The notes beneath the pieces are model-generated. The model made no database searches, was not told the DNA's origin, and saw only the letters and a program-made list of their open reading frames with translations. A stretch of 64,000 bases of DNA. It comes from Octopus bimaculoides. Taxonomy: Eukaryota. Positions 38,780 through 51,934 of this stretch are shown here, piece after piece. Where the stretch lies: contig NC_068986.1 of the NCBI RefSeq assembly GCF_001194135.2, positions 79,434,777 through 79,498,776 on the forward strand, written 5' to 3'. Within the stretch, counting starts at the first letter, position 1. The number at the start of each line of letters is the position of its first letter. Position numbers and translations under genes: made by a program.

Positions 38780-39150
38780 GCTTTCAGCTTTACGTTCTCA
38801 ATACAAATTTCACCCCGAAGTCGGCTTTATCCTTAAATATTTCGGGGTGGATAAATTAAGTACTATTTAAGTACTGGGAACGATGTACACGACTAGCCTA
38901 CTCCCATAAATTTCAGATTTTCCACTTATAGCAGAAATAAATAAATATTACAACGAAGGTGGCGTGCTGGCAGAATCACTAACAGGTCGGACAAAATGTT
39001 TATAGATGTCTTTCTTCCGGTTCTTCACGTACTGCGTTAAAATGCCGCCGAGGCTAAATTATGTATCATCTCTTCGGGCTTCATAATACGAAATATTACT
39101 CAAGTACTTGTAACCGACTTTGTAGTCTACCCTGAAAATTTATAGCTTTT
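38780..39150 (+). mobile_element. Two degenerate family B SINE relics
   Basis: GGTGGATAAATTAAGTACT core at about 38848 and AAGGTGGCGTGCTGGCAGAATC head at about 38956. Confidence 0.55.
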
Positions 39151-39289
39151 TACCTCTCAACAGATCGGCGTCCTCTGTTGGTGGTGGTGGGTGCCGCCGA
39201 GTCGTGATCTCGATCACTAATATGCTATGAAAATCGGGAAACTAGCCTTATGAGTTCTAGGACTCAAAAGAAGTCATCGTAATGAAAAA

Positions 39290-39328
<39 letters not shown>

Positions 39329-39632
39329 CTTACAATATACTATGTGCCGTAAAATCAATATTCTGGCTGAGTTTAAATGGAAAGTATATGGAAACATCCA
39401 TAACTGCATGAGTGTGTGTACATAGATAGACTGATAGATGTATATACACACACACACATGTATATATGCGTGTGCATATATGTACATATATGGTTCAAAT
39501 GAACAGAAAAAAAGACAGAGACAGACCAGGGAACAACAAGCAAGTAAATGTATTAGTTTGGCACTTGGGAAAAATGGAAAAGTCTTTGAAGTTTCGAGTC
39601 TACCCATTTCAAGTGAAAGAGTTGAGACGTAG

Positions 39633-39707
<75 letters not shown>

Positions 39708-39816
39708 TCAGTTAGGCACGATCAAACTGTGGTGACCATGTGAGCATAAATTATATATTGTTCAAATGTACACAAGCAAAAGAAAAAGACAGGAGAGGGC
39801 TATACACACACTCTCT

Positions 39817-39895
<79 letters not shown>

Positions 39896-39905
39896 TCTTT
39901 CACAC

Positions 39906-41830
39906 TTTTACTCGTTTCAGCCATGCGGCTGCAGTCATGTTGGAGCACCACTGTAGTCTTTCTGATTTCCTCAATCTTGGGTGTTTCACGTCACCACTCT
40001 TGTATGTGCCTTCCTCCCAGCTGTTGGCCTATTTGGTGTATAAGGAAGTTAATTCTGCTGCCACCGTCTGCACCTCATGTCGGGCTATTGGTTCATCTGG
40101 TATTATGGGGAGGATGTCTATTTCCATTTTGAAGATATCTGCTTCCACCTTATGCATATCTCATAATTTTTGTGTCAGGGCATTGAAGAGCTGTGGGCCT
40201 TTGAAACCTAGACTATTGCAGTACCTGGTCCTGAATTTAGATGGAGTGTATGGTACTTTTGATACAGTACAATGGTTGCCAGTTCTGGCATTTGTATAAT
40301 ACTCAAGGCCAAAATTAGGTACTAGCCGTTCTAGAATTTTCCATATGCAGATTATTACATATCTGTCGCACCTTCGCTCAAAGGAGTAAAGTTGCTGTTT
40401 TCTCAGTCTATCCCTGTAACTCATCCGTTGCACTTTTTCAATCTTTTTAGTGTAGTGGCGTTGGACTGCTTGAAGCTTCGCTGTTAGCTTGGCACTATGA
40501 GTTGATCATAACTGGGAGCAGTAGTCCAGGCGGTTGAGAACAAAGGTTCTCCATATGGTCAACATAGTTTGTTGGTCTCTTGTCTTGAAGGACCTCAGTA
40601 TTGATCCTGCCAGCTCTCTGCACTTTGCTACTATCTTGGTAATGTTCACTGTCTATTATTGTCTGTGACTCTGGGATTGTAGTGTCTTCGGGTCTTGTAT
40701 ATGCAGGCTGTAATGCATTCGTGAGTTGATAGTACAGTGCTTGAAATTTTCCAGCATTAAACTGCATGCTTTTTTTTAAAATTCGGCGCACGTGTATATC
40801 GAATTCATGTCCTGCTGTAAGCTTGTGACGTTATCTTGATTTTTTTATTGCCCGTGATAATTTTGTATCATCGGCATAGCTAGAGACAGTGGCTGTCCGA
40901 GTGACCTTGGGCATGTCTAAGAGGGCTATTATGAACATTAATGGCCCCATAACAGTTCCCTTGGGGATGCCACTTTGGATTTGAGTTTCCTTAGAAAGGG
41001 CACCATTGGCTACAACTACCTGACTTCTGTCTTTAAGGAAGTCATGCAGCCATTCTCCCAGTTTTCCAGCAATGCCAAGGTCTCGTAGATTATGACATAT
41101 CATTTTGTGATTTTACTTATCAAATGCCTTTGTAAAGTCAGGATATATCACGCTGACGTCTGAATGATCAAGCAGCTGTTTAAAAAAAATCATAGTGTTG
41201 TACGATTTGTGTGAGGTAACTTCTTCCTGGACAAAAGCTATGCTGTGTATTGTTAAGTAGGCTATTTTCTTCCAGGAGCATTATCAACTTCTTTCTGATG
41301 ATTCGTTCCATGACTATACTGATTATGTGAAGTCAGAGAGATCGGCTTGTAGGTTTTGGCCTGTTATTTGCTTCCACCTTTGTAGATAAGGCATATAATG
41401 CCTTCTTTCAACTTTTTAGGAAGTTAACCCTTTGCAAGAAAACTCTGGAAAAGTAGCTAAAGTGGTTTCGCCAAAGCCTGCTTACATGACTTCAGGAGAA
41501 TAGCTGGGAAGCCATCAGGACCAGTTGCGGAGCATGAGCTCATTTCAAATATGGCCGCTGTACATCTGTCTCTTCAATGTTGATGTAATCGATGGTTGGC
41601 GTCTCCTTTTTTAGAGCTGCAATATTAAAGAATTCAGCCGGATGTTTTGTCTGTATGTGTCCAAGGGTAAGTGAAGACAATTTTAATTTGTTCACTGAGT
41701 ATCTCATTTATCCTTTCTGGGTCCACAATCAGTGAGTCATTCCGCTGGAACAAGGGTCCTGTTTTATATTTACTCTGGGTAAATAGAAAGTTTTGGTATT
41801 TGTTTTTATGATTTCCACAGCACTGTTCTC
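39906..41830 (-). mobile_element. 5'-truncated CR1-group (CR1/L2/Jockey superclade) LINE with a frameshifted reverse transcriptase
   Basis: GPDGFPAILLK, KPISLTSH, DFTKAFD, SGIPKGTVMGPLMF, YADDTK, FNAGKFQAL, LYSFERR..YVIICIWKILERLVPNFG, GPQLFNAL in order, followed by a 3' tail. Confidence 0.92.
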
Positions 41831-41835
41831 TTCTC

Positions 41836-41892
41836 AAGGTGGTGCTCCAGCATGGCCACAGTCAAATGACTAAAACAGGTAGAAGAATAGAA

Positions 41893-41896
<4 letters not shown>
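41836..41896 (+). mobile_element. Isolated SINE/LINE 3' tail
   Basis: AAGGTGGTGCTCCAGCATGGCCACAGTCAAATGACTAAAACAGGTAGAAGAATAGAAGAAT. Confidence 0.8.
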
Positions 41897-41929
<33 letters not shown>

Positions 41930-42035
41930 NNNNNNNNNNNNNNNNNNNNNNNNNNNNNNNNNNNNNNNNNNNNNNNNNNNNNNNNNNNNNNNNNNNNNNN
42001 NNNNNNNNNNNNNNNNNNNNNNNNNNNNNNNNNNN

Positions 42036-42100
<65 letters not shown>

Positions 42101-42824
42101 ATGTATGTATGTATGTATGTATGTATGTATGTATGTATGTATGTATATGCTAGTAAATGTAAATGAGTGTTATTGTATGTTTTGCGTAAATGCTACCTGC
42201 ATACGTTCAGCAACTTAACTTCTTTCCTACATCTATTATAGTATCTATGTAATCTGTATGTTACATACCTTCAAGTCAACTTTGCTGTTCATATTTCTCT
42301 CCAATTCCATCCACCCTCCAATATTTTACTCCGTCATTGAAGCCGTACACCATCTTCCTTTATATCATCCATCACATAATACTTTTAATTTTTCATTGTT
42401 GCTCTAGCTCTCTAGTTATTTGAAGCATTGTACCTATAAGTTTTCTTGTCTACCTAGCCAATTCTTCACCTAATTCACTTCTATTCCCACTTGCCTAACA
42501 ATCTATTCTACCGTCATGGGAAACATCTGACTTAGTTTTTTTCCTTTTATTATGCTTCACCTGTCATTGGTTGTGTGTTTGATGACATTTCGAAAAATGT
42601 TGAAAATGCGATACTCTATCCTTTTTAACACGAGAAGTTCTCGTAAGCAAAAGAAAGTGTATCCCTGATTTATTTTTTAAAGAGAAAAACCATGTTGTAG
42701 AAAGTGCAGCAACTTTAGAAGCCTTGGACTTGAATGCACACAAGACATTCATTCGTCTCATGAGTTATAAGTGTTAAAGTAGTAGAATCATGACAATGTT
42801 AAACAGTTAACGAGTGAAATAACT

Positions 42825-42900
42825 GAGTTTTCCTACACAAAATCAGTTTTCCTACACAAAATCAGTTTTCCTACACAAAATCAGTTTTCCTACACAAAAT
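42825..42900. repeat. 19-bp minisatellite x4 (CAGTTTTCCTACACAAAAT)
   Basis: Direct reading; the first unit starts with G. Confidence 0.95.
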
Positions 42901-43401
42901 AGAAGGTCTTAAAATAACTGAGAAACAACTGATTAAAAAATAAATTCAGTCTCGATGTCATTGAAACTTGACGAAACAAAAACGAGTTGAGTTTTTTTAT
43001 CTGCTTCTAATAACATACAATACAAAATAATGTTATGTAATATTATATACAATTGTAGGCCATACACAGATAGTTAACTGCGAGAGAAATCGACTTAACT
43101 GTTTCCTTTATCATCTGTTGTTAATGTCAGTATGATAGAAACCTTTTCATTCATAATATCTTGGAAAATTTCAATGTGAAAATTATAAATGATAAATAAT
43201 ATAATGGGAAGTAAATTTTCTTCATCTAAGGTTAAACAGCTGTAAAATATTTAGAGAGCGGTTCTACGTAACATTTGGCATGACTGAGTGATACGCAGTT
43301 CGATTTACTATAGTTGGTTTTGTATATGATTTAGTATTTTTCCATGTCCGACTTCTTCATGTATGTGTATTTATATGTATTGATAAAGCCAAGACTGTGC
43401 A

Positions 43402-43437
<36 letters not shown>

Positions 43438-43666
43438 NNNNNNNNNNNNNNNNNNNNNNNNNNNNNNNNNNNNNNNNNNNNNNNNNNNNNNNNNNNNNNN
43501 NNNNNNNNNNNNNNNNNNNNNNNNNNNNNNNNNNNNNNNNNNNNNNNNNNNNNNNNNNNNNNNNNNNNNNNNNNNNNNNNNNNNNNNNNNNNNNNNNNNN
43601 NNNNNNNNNNNNNNNNNNNNNNNNNNNNNNNNNNNNNNNNNNNNGTGTGTGTAAATAGATAGATAA

Positions 43667-43716
<50 letters not shown>

Positions 43717-43718
<2 letters not shown>

Positions 43719-43804
43719 TGAGTAACGTTAGTGAGTAACGTTAGTGAGTAACGTTAGTGAGTAACGTTAGTGAGTAACGTTAGTGAGTAACGTTAGTGAG
43801 TAAC
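43717..43804. repeat. 13-bp minisatellite x6.8 (AGTGAGTAACGTT) abutting (GATA)n
   Basis: Direct reading; perfect units. Confidence 0.95.
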
Positions 43805-46172
43805 ACAGTAACACAATAGGCAGACATGTTTTCTGCACGTACTAACTAATCTGTAGTTTTCCAATTAGGTTCATTTGCACTCTATACAATCACGTTTCAA
43901 ACTTTCTTTTTGATATCTCATCTGAATGTCTTTATATTTTATTTTGACCATTATTATTTTTTTCCTTTTTAATAATCCTTGGATGTATGTATTTATAGTT
44001 TCCTTTTTACCGTTTCTTTTTCGTATATTCATTTATAGAATTTCTTTTTTTTTTTTTCTTTGGTCTGATATCTATGGAATGCTTCAGTTTCCAGCTGTTG
44101 TATTTAGGAAAGAACTTATCCGGCCCGCTTCGGCAGTAATTTGTTGGTTGCAATGAAGACGGTTGCTGTTAAAGCGAGATACGATCTGCGTAAGATCAAA
44201 TGACCCCTATACGTTACAACCAATAAGTGTTCTCTCACGAATGTATTTTAGATTGAATGTCTTGCGTGCGATAAACGAGTGAATGATATAAAACACGTTC
44301 GCTATCATCTCGTATGTTTCAAAAATACCTTTTTCTGAAAAGAAAAAACAGAAAATAGTTATTATTATATCATAGTGTTATCTCACTGATATTTACCATT
44401 GCTGTTAGGCATCTTCCATGCAGTTTAGTTAAAGCATGTATATTTTGTAATTAACCTTATTTAAACAGCAATGTTAAATTTCTTTCTAACTACTAAATAT
44501 AATTAACTCATATTTTTTCTTTTCATACCTTCTTTAATTTGGAAAGATTCCAGTACAAAATTTGTTTGTTTCTTCCAGTCATTTCTATAACAGATTAACA
44601 CCATAACGTCTTAGATATTAATGGAATAACTCAACAGAAAATGCTATTTTGATCTCAGCTTACAGAGGAATTCTTCTCCATTAGAGAGTTGGGTACATGA
44701 CTTAGAGACAGTAAAGTAGCAAAATTTGTTGACTACGATTCTGAGTTCAAATGTTTTCTGTGTCAGTATTACCGCTCATTATTGTCATGCCCAATGATTT
44801 CAAAAGGAATACAGATTTGGAAGCATAAACGCCCTTGTTTCGTTTGATTCATACTGGAGCGAAGAAGGGAACATCTAGAACATCTACGTAATGACTACAA
44901 CTGCTACAAACCACACCTATAATTTCCCCAATCACATCTTGCTGTTTTTTACGTATTATGTAGCAAGAAAATTTGCTACGGTAATCACTGGCACTCCTGT
45001 GTACATATGACAGCTTCATTAAAGTTGCCTTGAACTAGAATACAAAATTAGCAACAATTTCCTATTTTTAGTTAAACGGAACGTATAAAGGACGTTAAAC
45101 ATCTTTTGCCCAAGTATGTGACATATATATCCTGCCATATTAATGCTACTTCCTCTATCAACCAAGGAAAGATGAAAGGATCAATAAAATGGGACTTAAA
45201 CGAACCTAACTGAGCACTACAAGACATTCTAACATTCTACCCGAATCTGCAACTCAAGTACGTTTTGCTATATTAATAAGTACTTGCGGAACCTATAGAA
45301 ATTACACATTTAAGATATGATATTTTTGTATAATTTTATAGATCTCTATATTGATGATTTATACTGTTGAATAATTCAATTGTCTTCGATTTCTTTCCAT
45401 AAATAAGGTAGTCTAAAGTGTAACATCTGAATACATATCTTGACGACCAGAATACCATTACAGATTATAATTGTGTTCTATTATGTTGGGAATTACAAGT
45501 GTCACAGATAGCTGTTTTGCTGGGGTGGTGGACTTGGACTAGTGAGACCCTATCCTGAAATAGCTGTCGCACGTATAATATATGTCAAACTTCTTCTTCT
45601 TGAAAAGACATGCCCACAATCATACGATATACACTTTTCACATAAAATATTTTCCTCAAGAGTAACTTAAATATAAATGTTTAGTTATTTGTTAAGCAAG
45701 TAATTTAGGTTCAAGTTTACACATTCAAAACTAGAGACATTGATACTAATATTTACCTGTATTATAAATATTTGTCGTAATAAAAGCGGAAAATAATTTG
45801 CAAAATGTTACTAATGCTTAAAAACCAATTCCCAATGATTTCTATGCACTAGGATTAAACAGTTAACAGAATTGATTTCATCTGTGAAAGAAAACGTTTT
45901 GTCATTATTCGTACTTATAATGGACTAAGAATACGTCGTAACATCGATATTCTACTGACATTCAAAATATTCACTTGTTTTCGTCTGACAATCTCTCCGT
46001 AACCTTAAAATAGTCTATATCGTGTATAAAGTAGACATTTCAATATGATTTGCTAAGACTAGCAAATAGTTCAAGTATCTTCATAATGAAATAAAAATAT
46101 CTTGACACTAAATATTAAACCGTTTACAAAGAAGACGGGATAATAAAATAAATAAATCTTAAACGTTTCTTT

Positions 46173-46223
<51 letters not shown>

Positions 46224-47045
46224 GTATGTATATATGTGTGTGTATATATACAGTATGTATATATATATATANNNNNNNNNNNNNNNNNNNNNNNNNNNNN
46301 NNNNNNNNNNNNNNNNNNNNNNNNNNNNNNNNNNNNNNNNNNNNNNNNNNNNNNNNNNNNNNNNNNNNNNNNNNNNNNNNNNNNNNNNNNNNNNNNNNNN
46401 NNNNNNNNNNNNNNNNNNNNNNNNNNNNNNNNNNNNNNNNNNNNNNNNNNNNNNNNNNNNNNNNNNNNNNNNNNNNNNNNNNNNNNNNNNNNNNNNNNNN
46501 NNNNNNNNNNNNNNNNNNNNNNNNNNNNNNNNNNNNNNNNNNNNNNNNNNNNNNNNNNNNNNNNNNNNNNNNNNNNNNNNNNNNNNNNNNNNNNNNNNNN
46601 NNNNNNNNNNNNNNNNNNNNNNNNNNNNNNNNNNNNNNNNNNNNNNNNNNNNNNNNNNNNNNNNNNNNNNNNNNNNNNNNNNNNNNNNNNNNNNNNNNNN
46701 NNNNNNNNNNNNNNNNNNNNNNNNNNNNNNNNNNNNNNNNNNNNNNNNNNNNNNNNNNNNNNNNNNNNNNNNNNNNNNNNNNNNNNNNNNNNNNNNNNNN
46801 NNNNNNNNNNNNNNNNNNNNNNNNNNNNNNNNNNNNNNNNNNNNNNNNNNNNNNNNNNNNNNNNNNNNNNNNNNNNNNNNNNNNNNNNNNNNNNNNNNNN
46901 NNNNNNNNNNNNNNNNNNNNNNNNNNNNNNNNNNNNNNNNNNNNNNNNNNNNNNNNNNNNNNNNNNNNNNNNNNNNNNNATATATATATATATAGTATAG
47001 TATAGTTGGCTAATTCGCAATTTAACAACCTAAGGGCAAAAACAT

Positions 47046-47309
47046 ATACGTCACAAAGTGACAAAATCACTCATCAGCACCAGTATTGTTACAAATAAGA
47101 CCCAAACATCTCAGTAGCCACAAAAAGCACTATCTTAAATGACTGACAAGGGAATCATCGATGATCTGGATATATCTGCTGCTGTAGGGAGATTGGTCCA
47201 CTTGTCAGTCATTTAAAATAGTGCTTTCTGTGGTTATTGAGTTAATTTGGCGCTTTTTTTCCATCAATACTGATGCTGATCGGCACTCTTTGTCACTTTA
47301 ATGACGTAT
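47046..47309. mobile_element. About 265-bp hairpin (MITE-like) element in a TA context
   Basis: TACGTCACAAAGTGACAAA / TTTGTCACTTTAATGACGTA outer arms; AGCACTATCTTAAATGACTGACAAG / CTTGTCAGTCATTTAAAATAGTGCT inner arms; about 50-nt loop. Confidence 0.75.
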
Positions 47310-49964
47310 ATATACATATACATACGCACACACATATATATACATGCGAATTTTAAATGAGTTAATATATATATATATATATATGTGTGTGTNNNNNNNN
47401 NNATATATAGCGAGAGAAAGAGAGAGGGAACGCACACGCACACACACACAAACACACTATTTTAAATGATTGTACTGTTCAAATAATTTTTTTTTCCACA
47501 TATCTCTTTGGAAAATTCGTAAATCAAACCGAATAAATATTTACCTGTATGGTAGTTTGTAAATTCCTCTGTCAGAAGGTAAGGAAAATTAGAAGCAGAG
47601 TACCTATTGCTTTTGCAATTTCAGATAAAGAATCAAAATTGACTCGCTAACTCAGATTTCCAAGGAATTTGATTCTTGCTCTCAATAACTCTCTACTAAA
47701 TATTGATTTATTTAGATTGAGGTCCTATATTTACAGGAAAGAGAATATGGGAAGAAGCAACTTTAAGAGCATTATAATTGTAAGTAAATCGAAATCATTT
47801 TAAATGAAATTTGAAACTATTGTAGTCTCTGTTTGACGAGAACTTATATCTTGTTCTATAATTCTCAATAGCATTCTATGATAATTTTTTCTCGCGAAAA
47901 TTGTAATTTTGTTAGTTGCTTGTGTGCAGTCCATTCACTCAATCGGCAAAGGAGATGACAGTTAATGTCTTGAACAATTATGACACTCCATAATTCAATT
48001 TCGTTACATTAGTCACCGCACCAAATGCTGAATTGGGTCTTAATAATCCTTTTAAAAACCTCAAGAATATTCTTATATCATAGTACCATCCGCGCGACAA
48101 TGATAACTGAAATATATCAGTTATAACATGACGACGATTTCCGAGGAGGACAATTGTAATTACTAGATGAAACGAGATTTTAGGGAAGTGTCACTACATG
48201 ATAGAAGCTAAGTCTCCTCACCTATGTTGCTCATACCCTCGATAAAAGTATGGCAATTATCTCACCCGTTCCCCGCCAAACTCTGAAATTATAGGACATC
48301 ACAACCTAGTAAGAAAGATATGAATACGCCAGGTAAAGAATTTACGCTACTTAGTTGTGTTTATTAATATAAATTACATACATGACAAAATTTCTTTCCT
48401 TTCTCGCAAGATCAATATGGCTCCATTATAATATCTGTTATAATGGTGGAACTAATATTACTTAAGCATAATTTCTTATTGCGCATTTTCCTTTTTATCC
48501 TTATACCTGTGTTACTATGAATAAAGCCTCGGTATTTGTGAGAAACTTATAGCGTGTTAGCAGCGAATATACATTCATCTGTGAAGCTTTAAGTGAAATA
48601 TAAATGGTTTAAGAGAATAATGTTAATAGAGGAAGAAAATTATTTTAATTTATTTACGAGAAAAGTGATAAATTATAAGTGAAACGAGCCTATTTGGAAT
48701 TTATATTTGATACTTTTACATCTGATATGCAGTCAAAACAAACATCATTTAACCTATATTAACGAATTATGACATCAAACGACAAATGTGAACCAGTACA
48801 AGGAGGTGAGGGAATGATATAACGTAACTGTTTATTTTTTCTTCTCAAGTTTAAATGCATTAATTCTAGAGATATATATTTGTACTCCACCTTAATTAGA
48901 TACATTTTCCCAAAAGTTTGCTCCTGTCTTATTTATTTATTTATTTATTTATTTTCATTTTCCTTTTTAAATTATGGGCTAACTTGGACTATACCGGAAA
49001 GAGCCAAAACCACATTAATGATTCTTGTTTAAAAGTCGCTTTTTTATAAAATGCTCATGTATAAAGCAATCACGTATATTACAATCATACTTCTATAAAT
49101 ATACAATGTTGTATGGAGAAACATTTCGTTTCTATGTATTTCAATGGTTATTAAAGTACAAGAAACAGTTTTTAAAACTGGTATCAAGAAATTATTTCGG
49201 AAAACTGAAACTCGAATTCTGTATATTTCACTGACACTTTTAATTTCTTTCCAACTAGCGATCATATTCCATCTGACCACACCTAGTGTCAACATAGATT
49301 TTGTTGTTTACGATCAAAACTAATCATATAAATGAAATACCCCGTAGTTATTCATCCGACAAGTATAATGTTCTAAATTATCTCCACAATTCTCCTGATT
49401 CCTAAAATAACCTTTAAACATGTTCATCATGTAACCCTACAGCAGATAACAACATAATCAGATGCCGATGTCAACATTACGTCGATACCTAATATTTCAG
49501 AGGAGAGGGAAAACATATACGTACACACACGCACGCACGCGCACGCACGCACACACGTACACACATATATATATGCACTTATGTATGTAACTATGTATAC
49601 ACGTATATAATCTTCCTTCTTGTAACGGTGTTTTCATTGATTGTTTTCAGATGAGATACTATTTTCGTTGTATTATGCTTCAATAGCAGGATTAAAGCAA
49701 GTGCAGAGACCAGCTCTTTTAATTCAAACTCACGATAAAATACCATTGCCATTCAGCTTGATTTTCTATTCTGTTCCTCTATCTGTGTGTGTGTGTGTGT
49801 GTGTGTATGTGTGTGTGTGTGCGTGTGTATGTGTGTGTGTGTGTGTGCGTGTGTGTGTGCGCGCGCGTGTGTGTGCCTGTCTGTCTCTCACTCTCTCTCT
49901 CTTTCTCTCAGACAGCAAACGTCCTGTAGTAGGATTGATTTATGAATGAAATACAAAACTTTAT

Positions 49965-50280
49965 GTCAGAAGACAAAGGAGCAGGAAGAAGAAGAGGGCG
50001 GAGGGGAGGTGGGAAAATAGGAGGAAGATGACATGGAAGACGAAGGCGAGGAAGAGGACATGGAAGACGAAGGCGAGGAGGAGGAAGACGAGAGGAGGTC
50101 GAGAGGAGGGAACAGGAAGGGTAGACGTGAAGGACATGAAGAGGGAGACGAAGAGGAGAGGACGAAGTGGGGGTGGAGGATGGAGAGGATGAGTTGGGGT
50201 GGGATGAAAGTTGTGATGGTGATGGTGGTTGTGCTGACAGTGGTGTAATGTGGGTGGGATGTCGTTTGGTGGTGAAGTAA
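49965..50280 (+). repeat. Purine-rich low-complexity tract with a 24-bp direct repeat (GACATGGAAGACGAAGGCGAGGAx)
   Basis: Direct reading; the E/D-rich ORF 50033-50248 degenerates into simple repeats. Confidence 0.7.
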
Positions 50281-50827
50281 TCCTTCAATGTAGAATGAAA
50301 TTTAACATAATCATTAAGGCAAAGCTGTCAAACAAAAAAATTGTTTTAAGTCATCATTTTAATTATGGATCAGGCACTAGTCTTCATAAAGGGCCTTGTA
50401 CCCTGATTAAACCATTTACGATGGAGAAATAACTCAATTATGCCTTCTTTTTATCCGAAATTTGTAACGTGATTAGTGTTACGATAAATAGCACAGATTC
50501 GATGACCTGGAGTTGCTAAAAGCAATATTACACTTTAAAATTGTGTTAAATCCACGACTGGGAATTAAATCGCTTCTGCATAATTTTACCGAAGATTCAT
50601 ATTTTATCAACACCTGATGGATGAAATGTAAAATCAATTCCAAAGGGATTTCATCTTAGAACACAAAGGNNNNNNNNNNNNNNNNNNNNNNNNNNNNNNN
50701 NNNNNNNNNNNNNNNNNNNNNNNNNNNNNNNNNNNNNNNNNNNNNNNNNNNNNNNNNNNNNNNNNNNNNNNNNNNNNNNNNNNNNNNNNNNNNNNNNNNN
50801 NNNNNNNNNNNNNNNNNNNNNNNNNNN

Positions 50828-50879
<52 letters not shown>

Positions 50880-50899
50880 CACACAAACACACACACATA

Positions 50900-51783
50900 T
50901 ATATTAATCATAAGGCCACATTAAATTGTCTACCTGCTAGAAATAAGAGTCAAAACTCTTATTTGGACCACCAGAATAATTTACACTGAAAACAACAGAT
51001 TCAACGGTAAACTAGCAGATCGAAAAAATCTCTCACTTGCCAATGTAGCATAAAACTATATATTTACTGGTCCAAGTATATTTGTGGACCGATTTCTGGT
51101 TTGAGACAAAGATCTTTCCTTATTCGGCATATCTTAACCCTTTGAAATATTATTCTAATCTGCCAAATTGATATCTACTGGCATTCTTAATTGCTTAGCG
51201 CCAAAATGCGGAGAGCCGCATTGTGAATAGTTCTAATCAGCAGCAAAATATTCGGAAGTGAATATTTATAAGATATTAATATTTCTATTATTAACGGAGG
51301 CAATATAATTAGTTGATAATAATAGAAATTTTGCTGCTGATTAGTAATTTTCACACTGAGGTTGTCCACATTTTGGAGCTAAGCAATTAAGGACGCCAGC
51401 AGATATCAACATAGCAGATATCAACATAGCAAATTAGGATAATGTTTTAAGGGGTTTAGATGTGCTGAAGAACGTAAGATCCTTGTCTCAAACCAGAAAC
51501 CTATCCACAAACTAGAAACCGGTCCACCAGTAAATATATGGCTAGTGTAACTTATTTTGGTTGTCCAATTAAGAGTTTTGACTCTTATTCCTATCAGGTA
51601 GACACTTTAATGTGTCCTTATGATTAATATAATTTTAATTCTTTGGTTATATAATGCTATTTTTTAGACCTGCAACCACATATATTAATGTTTCTGTTAT
51701 TAACAATTATTTATATTGCCTTCAATAATAATAGAAATATTAGTATCTTATAAATATTCACTTTCGAATATTTTGCTGCTGAT

Positions 51784-51785
<2 letters not shown>
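50900..51785. repeat. Inverted, circularly permuted pair of a roughly 450-bp unit with 16-bp terminal direct repeats
   Basis: 50900-51249 pairs with 51328-51631; 51234-51325 also pairs with about 51690-51785; ATTTTGCTGCTGATTA occurs at 51328-51343 and 51770-51785. Confidence 0.85.
51461..51527 (+). ncRNA. Degenerate type I hammerhead motif inside the 450-bp unit
   Basis: GTG-CTGAAGA (51465-51471)...GAAACCGGTC-CAC (GAAA 51515, GTC ending 51524). Stem II closing pair absent; small duplication AGAAACC..CCAC. Confidence 0.4.
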
Positions 51786-51823
<38 letters not shown>

Positions 51824-51934
51824 CATATGCGAGTAAAAATAAATACAAAAAGAAGGGTTTTGTATGATTGTGTATAGAGGAATATATTATTTTGTTTAAA
51901 AGTATGTATGTATGTATATAACAGATACGTTGGG

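Noticed and set aside
39150-39260. Strong plus-strand splice acceptor (TTTTACCTCTCAACAG)
   Set aside because: All three frames close within about 70 nt with no credible donor; it lies at the end of a SINE relic.
42825-43804. Tandem arrays as CRISPR or telomeric repeats
   Set aside because: No unique spacers, eukaryotic context, and the unit is not TTAGGG.
50033-50248. Acidic E/D-rich ORF
   Set aside because: Built from GAG/GAA repeats and a 24-bp duplication; no splice or homology support.
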